Shown one piece after another: positions 46,301-56,374 of a DNA stretch of 64,000 nt. The translations under genes were made by a program, and so were the position numbers. Under the pieces are notes generated by a model that was not told the DNA's origin, did not search any database, and saw only the letters and a program-made list of their open reading frames with translations. The stretch is taken from the UHGV virus genome UHGV-1372970. One strand, 5' to 3'. How positions within the stretch are numbered: position 1 is the first letter of the stretch; each line of letters begins with the position of its first letter. Source of the DNA: a virus.

Positions 46301-49300
46301 TGGTCGTGTTCAGACTATTTTCGAGGCTGGTGGTCCTCGTTCCCTGCGAGGTAATATCCTTGCCTTGCTGCGTTACGGTATTTTGCAACGTCTGCAACGC
46401 GGAGGCATCAGCCTTTTTGGAAACGTTCGAGTTCGTTGTGTTCAGGCTATTTTGCAGACTGGTCAACGCCGTTCCCTGTGATGAAACAGTCCCTTCAACA
46501 TTACTCACTCGTGAAGTCACTGACTGAATCGAAGAGCTGTTTGCCGCAACAGTGGTCTGCAACGAAGACAGATCGGCAGAAGCAGCGAGGTCAGTCGGGG
46601 CCGGGGACCATTCAGTAGGCATGTTGCCTACTTCCATCTTCGGAGCGCTAACATAAACTGTCTGATCAGCCGTCGTCGATGCCTCTATACGAGCAATGAT
46701 CAGTCGTTTTGCGCCAGTGCCCGGTTTCTGCTTCCACTTGACCCAATAACGAACCCATTCAGTTGTCAGAGTGAATACAGCACGGCCATCAGTATTTGAA
46801 GCCTTAACGCCCTGGCTGGTTTCAGAGGATCCCGTCGTGTTCGGGTTATAGAAGAATGCCGTCATTGACTGTCCATCTACACCACCTTTTGCATAGAAGC
46901 TGTAGACATACTCTGCATTATCGACAGGCGCATCGATACTGACCTCCTTGAGATCTCTATATGAGCCGCCGGCTTTAATCGTCGCACCACTTACCGCATT
47001 GCCGCGGAAAGTCTCACTAATCTTACTGCCCCAACCATCCATGGTGCCAGACAGTGAAATAAGGTTTGTCCCGCCAACGGAAACATTGCTCAGCGAGTTG
47101 GAAAGATTGGTCAGACTGTCGCTTTGGGTCGACAGATCTTTCCCCTGCTGGGTTACGGTATTCTGTAACGTTTGCAATGCAGAAGCGTCAGCCTTTTTGC
47201 CGATATTGGTATTGGCGGTGCTTAACCCGTTTTCAAGAGCGGTCGCACGAGCACTAACGCTGCTAACGTCTTTACCCTGCTGCGTAACCGTTGATGTCAG
47301 CGAGTCGACGGCTTTCGATGTCGCGTCAGCGGTGCTTTGCGCTGCCGCAGCCGCAGTGATGTTGCGCATGTGCCAGTCAGTCACGTACCAGACTGTACCA
47401 AACGGGCTGGACTGGTTTATTTGCAGGAACGGACGGAGGTACCCTTTGTCCGCGGCAGACTGCGGGACAGTCACCTTCCATGTAACTCGTTTCCAGGTCG
47501 ATGTCGTCTTAGTATTCCCACCAGTGTAGAGAGGGCTTGCAATTCCACCTGTTGGCCCGTTGGCGGTACCAATGTAGAGGTTGAAGTCAGCTGAACCCGC
47601 TCCACATGCCACCAGCGCAGAAATTTCAAATACATCACCAACTGTCGCAACAATCGTGTTGAAATTCGGGTGGTGGTCGCGAGCAGCCAGTTTCGCCGCG
47701 TATTTGAATGGACATCCAGCTGGCACACCGTCAGAGTCCGTAGAAACGACAGTAAAGCCCATACTGTCATACTGAACATCAAACGTTGGGTTAGGGACCA
47801 GCTCGCCGCTTGTCGCGTTACCGGCGCGAATTGCAGCATTCAGAGATTTCACACTGCTGTTCGTCGCTGTGATATCGCTTTCGGTCTTAGTCACACGCCC
47901 TGTCAGAGAGTCGACGGCGGACTGTTCAGCTTTCTTCGCAACTTTGGCATCAGTAGAGCTGAGACTATTCTTCAGGCTTGTGATGCTATCGCCCTGGCTG
48001 GTTAGCGCGTTACCTTGTTGGGTCACTGTATTTTTCAGTGAGGTCATTGCGCTGGCCTGTGCGTCGATCGCTTTCTCGTTCGTGACATCGACAAGGAAAA
48101 CATCATCGAGATAGAGATATCCTGCACTCAGGCTCGCTCGCAGAGAAATTAGCAATGTGACATCTGCTGCAGGCGTGTACTCACTGCTGACCATCCCCCA
48201 ACCGGTACTAACGCCATTTACGGAGATAAACAGATCCTGAACCGGGCCAGAGTCAGTCCTGATGCTAATTTTGGTGTTGTTTGTATTGGAAATCGCCATA
48301 TCGCTAGATTTGCGAACCCACGCACCAAACCGGTATGTCTTTCCAGCTTTCAGAGAGATGGACTGATCGCAAGAGAGATCACCGGACGCCAACTTTGACG
48401 CCTGAATGATATAGCTCCCAGACTTCGGTGCTTGCGCGGCCAAAGTGGTCCACCCGGTGTTATTCCATCCATCAAACCAACGCTCAAAAGAGTTATTTTT
48501 GAGCATGTTACCCGGATTAACTTTCGAGGCGTCGGCATCAGCATTGGCGCTGTTCAGTGAATTATTAAGCTGAGTCAGGCTATCACTTTGGCTTAACACT
48601 TTGCCTTCAGTTGAGCTAACACGACTAGCCAGACTGCTTACTGTCGACGCATCGGCTTTCTTCGCAACATTGCTGTTTGTCGTATCGAGTGACGATTTCA
48701 GACTGGTGATATTGCTGTTGGCGGCAGTAATATCCTTGCCTTGCTGTGTAACCGTGTTTTGCAACGCCTGCAGCGCAGAGGACTCAGCCTTTTTACTCAC
48801 ATTGGCGTTGGTGGTGCTCAAGTCGTTTTGCAACTTGGTCACAGCAGCGCCCTGGGATGTGATATCAGTACCGTTCTTTTCAACGGTAGAGTTCAGTGTC
48901 TGAATCGCAGACGCGTTGGCGTCGGACAGCTCCTGAGTATTGTAGGCGTCGGTCACTTCCGTGAGCACAATGTTGTCAATCAGGAACGAATCACCGGCTT
49001 TAACCGTTGATACGTTCGGCACTGAAATTCGAGCCATAGCCTGCTTTACGCCGCTCTTGGTCAGCTTAAGATAGCCAGAGACTTTAGTCCATGATGTCGC
49101 GGAAAGGTCTTTTACTGCCTTTGTCAGCGATGGCCATTGCCAGGAGTCATCCTGATACTGAACAGACAGACCGACAGTGATTTGGGTGTTCGCGGCCATA
49201 TTCGCTTTATTCGCGTCAAGCTTCACCCAATATTCGAGATAGAAGACTGCATTATCTCTGACCTGGAAACTGCCGAAGATATGGTTGTCGCTGTTATCTG

Positions 49301-52300
49301 TAGAATTAGGGTTGTAGTCATTCGGGCGAGTAACTCGAATGCACTTGCCACCACCCTGCGCGTCATCCGTGGTGACGATTACGCGGTTGTTCGACAGATT
49401 ATAGCCATTGCTATAACTCTCAAATGTCCCATCAGGCAAAATGTTGGCGCCACGCTTTGACTGCTGATTCAGAGAGCTATTGAGAGATGTAATCGCGTCA
49501 CTATTGCTTGAGACCCCATTCTCCGTATTGGTCACGCGAGTGGTCAGCCCATTAAGCGCCGTCGTGTCCGCTTTCTTAGCAACGTCGCCTTTGACGGTAT
49601 TGACAGTATTATTCAGGGTTGTGAGTGAACTACCCTGGCTGGTCAGCGTCTTGCCCTGCTCTACGACCGTATTCTGCAACGTCTGCAACGCAGAAGCGTC
49701 TGCCTTCTTCGACACGTCGGTCTTCGTAGACGTCAGGTCGTTCTGTAGCTTAGTGATCGACGTTCCCTGAGAACTAATCGTGTCACCTTGCTTGGTCACT
49801 TTCGTGGACAGATCGCTCAACGCGCTGGCCGTCGCATCATTATTGACTGCGTCAGTAATATCGAACACTTGGAATGAATCGATCCAGATTTCCGCATTAC
49901 TTGGATGGCAGTAGATGCCAAAGGCCTGGCCATCCGCACCAGTGCTCGGGGAGAAGGGTGTATCCCATGTGATAGTCTGCCAGTCGCTCGTCAGCGTGAC
50001 GTTTTTATCTTCGTAATTACCCTCGACAGACCCGTTAAAGTTCCAGCGGCGCAGAAGCATGTTCATCGAGCCTGAAACACCCTTGGCGCGAACGATATAG
50101 CGGAATTTGCGAGAACCATTTACCGGGACAGGTTTTTTACGGTTAGCAAAAAGCCCCGGAGATGTAGAGTTCACTCTGACCATGCGGACGCCGGAGGAAT
50201 TTTCACCATAGGCGCCAAATTCTACGAGGCTTCCGGTCGGGACACTGTTCTTCTGAGTGCCAAATGCTGAGCCGTCACCGATGAGATCAGCATCCTGAAC
50301 CAGATTATCGCCCATGTTCAGCATGGCATTGACGTTGTTGTTCAGGCTAGTAATAGAATCGCCGGCTGAACTGATGTCCTTACCCTGCTGTGTAACGGTA
50401 TTTTGAAGCGATGACAGCGCGGCTGCGTCAGCCTTCTTAGCTACATTTGCGTCGGTCGTCTTGAGGCTGTTCTCAAGGCTAGTGGCACGGCTACCAACAC
50501 TGGTCAGATCCTTGCCTTGCTGGGTTACGGTATTCTGCAGCGATGATAAAGCTGTGGCATCCGCTTTCTTTGCAACGTTGGCATTGGTGGTGCTCAGGTT
50601 GTTCTGCAGGCTTGTAATGCTGCTTGAGGCTGAAGCAATGTCTTTGCCCTGCTGGGTAACCGTATTTTGCAGTGTCTGGAGAGCTGCGGCGTCCGCTTTT
50701 TTCGCGACGTTCGCGTTGGTCGTGTCCAGATTGTTTTTCAGATCCGTAATGCTGGTGGACTGCGACGCAATGTCTTTACCCTGCTGGGTTACGGTATTCT
50801 GAATAGATGACAACGCAGATGCATTGGCGTCGATATTGACGCTATCTGTCACATCGATGACATAGAAATCATCAAAGTAGCGGTTTCCTGCCGTCAGATA
50901 GTTGTTAAGCGTCACCGGCAAACTAGCCGTCTCGGTCGCCTTCCAGCGTCGGCTGAATTTAGTCCAGTCACCGGATACGCCGGTAAATGGCAACTCGAAC
51001 ACCGGATTGCCGGCGCTGCTGCCTACACGGAGTTTGTTATTTCCACTGCCATTATCCGTCGTGCCTGAAATCTGCTTAACCCATACCCCGATCTCATAAG
51101 TGCGGTCTTTGACGAAATCAATATTCTGACCCGGCGCGATGCTGCCCGGATCGATCTTCAATGCGCGAGTACCAGTATGCGGGGATTGAACCTCAACAAC
51201 CGTGCTCTTAGAGCCAACGCCGATATACCCATCAAATCCACGCTCAAAAGATGGGTTTACAATAAGGTTGTTTGGAGTCTTCGCAGAAGCATCAGAATCG
51301 GCAATTGCGTTACTCAGTGAGTTATTCAGCTGGACGATGCTGTCTGCCTGACTGGACACCTTGCCCTCGGTTGCGCTAACACGAGATGTCAGATCATTGA
51401 CCGCCGTCGCGTCGGCTTTCTTCGCAACATTGCTGTTTGTCGTATCAAGAGACGTTTTGAGGTTAGTGATACTGCTATTCGCGGCGGAAATATCTTTACC
51501 CTGTTGCGTCACTGTTCCCTGCAGTGCGGTCAGCGCTGTCTGGTCGGCCTTTTTACCAACATTGGCGTTGGTGGTGCTCAGGTCATTTTGCAGTTTGGTG
51601 ATCGACTGACCCTGGGTGGATATATTCGAACCCTGTTGATCCACTGACGTCTTCAGAGTCTGCAATGCAGAAGCGTCAGCTTTACCCTTCAGCGAAGATT
51701 TAAGACCAGTGATATCCGACGCCATCGCGCTGTCCTGAGTGTTCAGGGTGTCGAGCGACTTGTTGATGTTGGAAACGCTGTCGTTAACTTTCGTTTCAAG
51801 AGACTGACGGGCCGCTGCTTCTGCTTTATCAGCAGTCACGCGAGCCTGTTGCTCCTGGAAAATCAGACCAGAGCCGACTTTAGCCAGGTCACTCCCTTCG
51901 TAAGACCCGCGCATCTGGACAGCCAGAGTGTTTCGGCTCGCAGCTTCAGCAGCATCAGCGTCAACACGAGCGGCCTTTTCTTCCTGCAGAGCGGCCATGC
52001 CAGCGCCAGGGGTCGGGCGACCTACCGCAATCCAGTCAATCAGAAGATAGTTAGCATCATTCTGACCTTTCAAAAAATCGAGACGGAGACGGCGAATGGT
52101 CGTGGAGGAACGCCAGTCGATGTCGTGGAGAGACAGCGTGGCAATGCCATTTGCATCATACTCAGGCTCATCGAAAGAGATAGAACGCGAATCGGACCAC
52201 CCCTGCTCAGACGCACCAATCCAGTACAACTTACCAGCCCATACTGGATTACCGACCTTCTTAATACGCAGTTTGATGAAGCGATAAGCGTTAGCGTCAA

Positions 52301-55300
52301 TGGCCATGTTGTTCGGCGAACGGCACGAAGATGTGCTGTTCGCGGACTTCAGCCAGCCATCGCTGGTCACGTTCATCGGCACGCTACTGCCATCGTCTTC
52401 AGTCCAGCCTTCGTTATTGGTATCGAAATACCAGATGTTCAGACTATCAAATTGCTCACCGGTGCCGGCCGCGATCTGAGAGATCTGTTGCGCCATCGAC
52501 TCATTCGCTGTCTGCATTTGAGTGGAGAGATTACTAATCTCAGACTGGCGGTTGTTTTTCTCCTGCAACAACCCATCAGCTCGAGCGCGAGCCTCGCTTT
52601 CCATGTCCGCAATTCGACTTGATGTTTCAGCCGTGATGGCATTTGCCGTCTTCGTATCCAGAGTAGAAACGGCGGTCGCTCGGTCGCTGACTTCTTTCTC
52701 GATTTTGGCATTGAGAGAGGTAGCGGAGTCGCTAATAGCTTTAGCTCGGTTACTAGCCTCAACTGCTACAGAGTCAGAAATGGCAGAGGCGCGGGCAATG
52801 GCCTCATCAGACACCGCTTTAGCTCGCGCTGAGGCCTCGTCTGAAATTGCTTTGTTACGAGCGTCAGCCTCACCAGAGATTGCAGCAGCGCGGGCGGTTG
52901 CTTCGTCTGAAACAGCCTTAATCCTTGCAGACGTCTCATTAGAAACAGCCTGAGCACGTTTACTGGCCTCGTCCGCCACTGCACTTGCTCGATCCGTTAT
53001 CTCTTTGTTGATCGCGGAGTTCAGCGTTTTTTTCGCATCACTGATCGCATTGGCGGACTCAGTACGAGCGTCATTAACCTGGGAAGTTGCCTGGCTTTTG
53101 GCTTCGTCGATTGCGGCGTCAACCTCAACGGCAACAGCCTTGCTGTCTATGTCAGCAATCAGATCCTTGCCCAGCTCTGACTCCGTGATTTTGTTCTTCA
53201 GGAACGAAAGTACATCACGCGTCGTTGCGGTTGTTGCAAGAGACGAGTTTAGAGCGCTGAGCATCCCGCGTTTGTTGGCTGCGCGTACCCAATAATACCA
53301 GGTGGCAGAATCTTCAAGACCGTTATGGCTAAACGTCGTCCCGCTAACTTTTGCGATGACCTGAGCTTTTGCCTTATCGTTAATCTTGGACGCCAGCACC
53401 TCAATGTGGTCTAAGTCCACAGAAGACGGGTTGATCCAATTCAAAACGATTGAACGGTAGTCGCCTACAGCGGTCAAGCCAGTAGGTGCAGCTGGAGCTG
53501 ACAGTGTGCCAAGCACTTTGTAGGTGATGCTGATAGGATCAGTCTTCCTGCCCCCAACGGAAACAGCGTACACCTGAAAATCGTACTGCCCGTCTTCAGC
53601 GACATCACGGAGTTCGAATTGCTCTTCAGTGACGCGCTGGGATTGCCAGTTAGAAACGTTACCAGCGTCAGAGCGGCGCCAGCTGACATAATACTGTGCT
53701 GATTTCCCCTGCCACGCGGCAGTTAACGATACGGACAAGTTGCCCGGAGAAGACAGGTAAGTACCTTCTGTCACTGTCAGACCGGACGGCTTTGAGAAAG
53801 TCGGATCGAGGACAGTTGTATTTTGCGGGATCAGCTGTGCGCCGTTGTCGATGGCTTCGTATTTGGTCGGATTGTTCTGGATGGCCGTAATGTTAAACGA
53901 CGTCCCGTCCGTGCCTTCAGCAACGCTCACGACGCGTGCCTGAAGCGGAACCAGATCAGGTTGTGCGATTACCCATACAGCATCAGCAACGGGCGTTTCT
54001 GCCGATGTGAGGGCGGTTTTAAACGTCACAGTGGAAACATTCTTACCATTTTCCAGAATGTCACGCTCAACCATCTTACCCTCTGAACTCAGGAAGGTGA
54101 TGTGATTTCCGACGGACGTCAAATCTACAGGCGAATCCAGCTTAACGCTGTTAGCAGTATATCCAGTGATTCGGCCGCTGTTGCGTCTTCCAGCACGGAA
54201 TTTATCAGCGATAAGAACCACATCACCAGGCATCAGGAATACTGAATCCATGCCTACAGAGTAAGTGATAACATCGGACTCCATGCGGGACGTGTAAAGC
54301 GTCCAGAGACCAACACGGTGAGCCTGGCCCCGTGAAGTACAACCAAAGGCGACGGATTCGGTTTTACGGATGCCGTATCGCTTAATTGCCTCCTGGTCTT
54401 CAACGTACTCTACACTTTGCTTGTAGCCATCTTCCTTGTTGTTGTAGGTGATGAGTGCAACGGAATAGCGGTCTTTTCGGGCCGAGCCTTTGTAGACGAA
54501 AGAGCCGTTAACCACGTTGCTGTTAGAGAACAGCATCACCGGGTCAGCTGGGGAATCCTGCGTGACGTGAACCATGCCACCAGCCCAATAAACCATGCCA
54601 CGGAATGCCCCTGCGATGTCCTGCACGACGCGATAAGCATCTTGGCGACTGGTAATCTGGGTGTTGATAGCGAAACGCTTCTCTTGGCTACCGAAGCCAT
54701 CATCAACGAACGCATCACAGTAGCGGCCGATCTGATACAACTCGCCAATGTTTATCATTGACTCTTTAACGAACTCGCCTAAGCCATAACGGGTATTCGT
54801 TAACAGGTCAAAAAGGATCCATGCCGGGTTAGAAGTTGATGCCAGCTTAAACGTGCCATCCCAATTGCCGTCGTAGGTATTGGTGTCAGCGTTGTAGTTT
54901 GACGGTACGCGGATCTTCATACCTTTAATCAGGTATGAACGAGTCGGCATAGACGAGCCGAATTGCTCTGAGTTGATTTTCAGGCCAGCCAGAACAGAGT
55001 TCGGATAGTTCAGGCTGGTGTTGACGATTTCACCAATAGAATCGATGTAGGTGTCGTCGTACAAATAGCTGTCGTCTTTATGGTCTTCGGTCAGACGAAT
55101 TGCACGCAACGTGTAGGATTTGGCCGGCTTCGGCAAATCAAACACATAGCTGCGGTAATAAACGCCTGTCTTTTTGGCGGTCAAAGTAATGATCGACGCG
55201 TCTTCGCCTTCGGCTATCGCATCAACAAAACCTTTTCCATTTCCCGAATCAATCTGGAATTTGTACTGAACGGTTGTGCCGTTTGTATCTCCGTTTTTCT

Positions 55301-55760
55301 TGTCGATTTTGCGAAGTGACGGGAATTTCATAACAACGCGAACACGATCGCTGTCAGCGGAGTCCAGAGAAACGTTAACCTGGCTCGTTTGCTTCAGCTG
55401 CATCCCAACCGACTTTGGCGTCTCGATGAAGTCGAAGCCATCGATAACAGTCTGATCCTGAGAGCCGTCCCGGAACCACCAGGTCACACCGCTGAAGTTA
55501 TAGGAACCGTCAGCGTTCTGAAGCGGCGTGTCGTTCAGGAAAATGGATTTCGCACCATCAACCAGACCACCGACAACACCCTCCCCCAATAAATCCAGTA
55601 CAGAAGCCATAGCACGGCTATTTACCGTGTCATTGGCCTCTACTGGCGTTCTTGCGCTACCGCCTCCTTTACTTCCACCACGGCCTGAGATAATCAGACC
55701 ATGAGCGACGAGTTGAGAAAGACGGGATTTTTTAAAAACTGAAGCTTCCATGCATCCCAC
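43326..55760 (-). CDS. giant central tail fibre / host-specificity protein, lambda J-like ends with a ~3000-aa repeat insertion (4144 aa)
   Basis: N-terminal ~880 aa align to lambda J, including KITESELGK. The last ~230 aa match J's WAVKIE..YVAGI..SQFLVAANRIA region. Confidence 0.8.
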   Translation of the reverse strand: MGCMEASVFKKSRLSQLVAHGLIISGRGGSKGGGSARTPVEANDTVNSRAMASVLDLLGEGVVGGLVDGAKSIFLNDTPLQNADGSYNFSGVTWWFRDGSQDQTVIDGFDFIETPKSVGMQLKQTSQVNVSLDSADSDRVRVVMKFPSLRKIDKKNGDTNGTTVQYKFQIDSGNGKGFVDAIAEGEDASIITLTAKKTGVYYRSYVFDLPKPAKSYTLRAIRLTEDHKDDSYLYDDTYIDSIGEIVNTSLNYPNSVLAGLKINSEQFGSSMPTRSYLIKGMKIRVPSNYNADTNTYDGNWDGTFKLASTSNPAWILFDLLTNTRYGLGEFVKESMINIGELYQIGRYCDAFVDDGFGSQEKRFAINTQITSRQDAYRVVQDIAGAFRGMVYWAGGMVHVTQDSPADPVMLFSNSNVVNGSFVYKGSARKDRYSVALITYNNKEDGYKQSVEYVEDQEAIKRYGIRKTESVAFGCTSRGQAHRVGLWTLYTSRMESDVITYSVGMDSVFLMPGDVVLIADKFRAGRRNSGRITGYTANSVKLDSPVDLTSVGNHITFLSSEGKMVERDILENGKNVSTVTFKTALTSAETPVADAVWVIAQPDLVPLQARVVSVAEGTDGTSFNITAIQNNPTKYEAIDNGAQLIPQNTTVLDPTFSKPSGLTVTEGTYLSSPGNLSVSLTAAWQGKSAQYYVSWRRSDAGNVSNWQSQRVTEEQFELRDVAEDGQYDFQVYAVSVGGRKTDPISITYKVLGTLSAPAAPTGLTAVGDYRSIVLNWINPSSVDLDHIEVLASKINDKAKAQVIAKVSGTTFSHNGLEDSATWYYWVRAANKRGMLSALNSSLATTATTRDVLSFLKNKITESELGKDLIADIDSKAVAVEVDAAIDEAKSQATSQVNDARTESANAISDAKKTLNSAINKEITDRASAVADEASKRAQAVSNETSARIKAVSDEATARAAAISGEADARNKAISDEASARAKAVSDEAIARASAISDSVAVEASNRAKAISDSATSLNAKIEKEVSDRATAVSTLDTKTANAITAETSSRIADMESEARARADGLLQEKNNRQSEISNLSTQMQTANESMAQQISQIAAGTGEQFDSLNIWYFDTNNEGWTEDDGSSVPMNVTSDGWLKSANSTSSCRSPNNMAIDANAYRFIKLRIKKVGNPVWAGKLYWIGASEQGWSDSRSISFDEPEYDANGIATLSLHDIDWRSSTTIRRLRLDFLKGQNDANYLLIDWIAVGRPTPGAGMAALQEEKAARVDADAAEAASRNTLAVQMRGSYEGSDLAKVGSGLIFQEQQARVTADKAEAAARQSLETKVNDSVSNINKSLDTLNTQDSAMASDITGLKSSLKGKADASALQTLKTSVDQQGSNISTQGQSITKLQNDLSTTNANVGKKADQTALTALQGTVTQQGKDISAANSSITNLKTSLDTTNSNVAKKADATAVNDLTSRVSATEGKVSSQADSIVQLNNSLSNAIADSDASAKTPNNLIVNPSFERGFDGYIGVGSKSTVVEVQSPHTGTRALKIDPGSIAPGQNIDFVKDRTYEIGVWVKQISGTTDNGSGNNKLRVGSSAGNPVFELPFTGVSGDWTKFSRRWKATETASLPVTLNNYLTAGNRYFDDFYVIDVTDSVNIDANASALSSIQNTVTQQGKDIASQSTSITDLKNNLDTTNANVAKKADAAALQTLQNTVTQQGKDIASASSSITSLQNNLSTTNANVAKKADATALSSLQNTVTQQGKDLTSVGSRATSLENSLKTTDANVAKKADAAALSSLQNTVTQQGKDISSAGDSITSLNNNVNAMLNMGDNLVQDADLIGDGSAFGTQKNSVPTGSLVEFGAYGENSSGVRMVRVNSTSPGLFANRKKPVPVNGSRKFRYIVRAKGVSGSMNMLLRRWNFNGSVEGNYEDKNVTLTSDWQTITWDTPFSPSTGADGQAFGIYCHPSNAEIWIDSFQVFDITDAVNNDATASALSDLSTKVTKQGDTISSQGTSITKLQNDLTSTKTDVSKKADASALQTLQNTVVEQGKTLTSQGSSLTTLNNTVNTVKGDVAKKADTTALNGLTTRVTNTENGVSSNSDAITSLNSSLNQQSKRGANILPDGTFESYSNGYNLSNNRVIVTTDDAQGGGKCIRVTRPNDYNPNSTDNSDNHIFGSFQVRDNAVFYLEYWVKLDANKANMAANTQITVGLSVQYQDDSWQWPSLTKAVKDLSATSWTKVSGYLKLTKSGVKQAMARISVPNVSTVKAGDSFLIDNIVLTEVTDAYNTQELSDANASAIQTLNSTVEKNGTDITSQGAAVTKLQNDLSTTNANVSKKAESSALQALQNTVTQQGKDITAANSNITSLKSSLDTTNSNVAKKADASTVSSLASRVSSTEGKVLSQSDSLTQLNNSLNSANADADASKVNPGNMLKNNSFERWFDGWNNTGWTTLAAQAPKSGSYIIQASKLASGDLSCDQSISLKAGKTYRFGAWVRKSSDMAISNTNNTKISIRTDSGPVQDLFISVNGVSTGWGMVSSEYTPAADVTLLISLRASLSAGYLYLDDVFLVDVTNEKAIDAQASAMTSLKNTVTQQGNALTSQGDSITSLKNSLSSTDAKVAKKAEQSAVDSLTGRVTKTESDITATNSSVKSLNAAIRAGNATSGELVPNPTFDVQYDSMGFTVVSTDSDGVPAGCPFKYAAKLAARDHHPNFNTIVATVGDVFEISALVACGAGSADFNLYIGTANGPTGGIASPLYTGGNTKTTSTWKRVTWKVTVPQSAADKGYLRPFLQINQSSPFGTVWYVTDWHMRNITAAAAAQSTADATSKAVDSLTSTVTQQGKDVSSVSARATALENGLSTANTNIGKKADASALQTLQNTVTQQGKDLSTQSDSLTNLSNSLSNVSVGGTNLISLSGTMDGWGSKISETFRGNAVSGATIKAGGSYRDLKEVSIDAPVDNAEYVYSFYAKGGVDGQSMTAFFYNPNTTGSSETSQGVKASNTDGRAVFTLTTEWVRYWVKWKQKPGTGAKRLIIARIEASTTADQTVYVSAPKMEVGNMPTEWSPAPTDLAASADLSSLQTTVAANSSSIQSVTSRVSNVEGTVSSQGTALTSLQNSLNTTNSNVSKKADASALQTLQNTVTQQGKDITSQGTRTTSLENSLNTTNANVSKKADASALQTLQNTVTQQGKDITASNANVTSLQASLTRRTVFTITSRGNGSSAKDGIFDESGVKVFAPGRSYALVTFKANSDGSTSIDTSKTYDVFGSANNGKTMSDDIAALANGVYACVMTYDEPTGSRSSVYAAIELLGGTSEVLASLPYRGAYILLGRKGMKAGDGLELRSPTGSDQSAFVSTSVEFVNGVMMGLGAAGGVMMKADANASAITTLQNTVTQQGKDITSSSSAITSLQNGLATANSNIGKKADATALQSLQNTVTQQGKDISTQSGNVTNLQNSLSATNTGLANLVADSDASKKIIGNLLTNSSFERGLEGFGGGASFITVINAQSPNSGSKILSCGTGTGAVSQSIVVTKDRTYKIGVFARCQSGSVVDNQGNNKLRIGNSSLLVDFQFKPADLPTDSTWKEISGTWKATVSGSVGVSINSSLKSGNQYFDDFYFIDITDIVNIDATSNAVASLTSRVTSAEGTVSSHTGSITNLSNSLNSLNNKVSGKADASALQSLQNTVTQQGKDLSSASGSVTDLKSSLNTLKVQSNPWIDGTFETYDNNQQLGGSTAVVTTDFKSTGSKCLKVIRPANTGGNADKTIGSYSAVRQSAKYRVEFWAMMPASEAPPSGWSVAVGLHSINKDGANDWQGITFNESGLGARDQWVKFSGVLKLGPSVTRSHVWVSTRGQNGSNTPGYAAYIDDFVITDITDAADAQATADANATAISSLQTKVSDIDGKVTAQTSQLSSMQSKVDGATSKVDQLSKTISDSQSTQASLNTSLQSQISAQASANIANQADLNSTMTSVATIKSTQATQATQLSAVAKSQTDMTATLNNQTASIQVLQEAVSNNDSLNSTWMVKMETNSAGQKYAAGIALGVDGKSLQSQFLVQADRFALINTANGSTTTPFVIDNGVTYMNAAYIKDGSITNAKVGDLQSSNYSSGQSGWRIGKNGTMEINGTGSGSARTTISNGKIEVYDSNNRLRVRMGIF
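44000..53100. repeat. degenerate ~111-bp tandem and dispersed repeats inside J
   Basis: More than 20 copies of CTGCTGCGTTACCGTGTTCTGCAG-like units. They also generate the LPCCVTVFC artefact ORFs on the plus strand. Confidence 0.75.
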
Positions 55761-55762
55761 CG

Positions 55763-56374
55763 TTAAATCTGGTCAATCGTGATAGAGGAACTTGCGATCT
55801 GAGAACCAACGAGAATTTCTTCGCCGTAGTTCAGCTGGACCGGGTTTCCTTGGTTAGTTGTGTTTTGTGGCCCGTCGAAATAGAACGAGTCGGAGTTATC
55901 CGCCTGTCTTACTTCCGGGTTTTTGGCTTGAGGCGAGAGGATTTGGGCAAGGCCACCCATCATCAAACTCATACCGGCGCCGATTAGCGCTGTTGATGTG
56001 CCAGCAGTAATCCCCGAGGCTAATGCGCCAACGGCAACCATCACCGCGCCTACCACGACCTGCACATAGCCAAGAGCGTTCCCGCCTCGTCCTTTCGGGA
56101 TAGGTGTAATGCGGATCTTCTCAACGTCTTTACTCGCGCCGCGCATCATGTATTCGGTTTCGTCAACCGACCATGTGACGCCGCTTTTAGTGGTGATCTG
56201 AACGTGATAGCGGTCGTAGGCATTAGCGTTGCGACGAATCCAGGCGCCAAGGCCCGGCTTATTTGCGTCAATCAGATTGATGGCTTGCGCGGCATTGGAC
56301 GCGCGAAGATGCCAGTGACGGCCGAAACGCTTTGCCAGCGCTCCGCCGAGCTGAACATGAACTAATTCAGACAT
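55763..56374 (-). CDS. tail assembly protein, lambda I-like
   Basis: Gly/Ala-rich hydrophobic middle like lambda I. Overlaps the K stop. Confidence 0.7.
   Translation of the reverse strand: MSELVHVQLGGALAKRFGRHWHLRASNAAQAINLIDANKPGLGAWIRRNANAYDRYHVQITTKSGVTWSVDETEYMMRGASKDVEKIRITPIPKGRGGNALGYVQVVVGAVMVAVGALASGITAGTSTALIGAGMSLMMGGLAQILSPQAKNPEVRQADNSDSFYFDGPQNTTNQGNPVQLNYGEEILVGSQIASSSITIDQI

Noticed and set aside
44000-53100. Possible CRISPR array.
   Set aside because: The repeats are ~111 bp, degenerate, in frame within a CDS and lack unique spacers. They are a protein-coding tandem repeat.
44056-53295. Many 60-250-aa ORFs on the plus strand opposite J (e.g. 46204..46527, 46948..47529, 50461..50802, 51849..52622) with recurring LPCCVTVFC motifs.
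   Set aside because: They are antisense readings of the J repeat units. The periodic protein motif mirrors the DNA repeat. There are no RBSs and they sit inside a long well-supported CDS.
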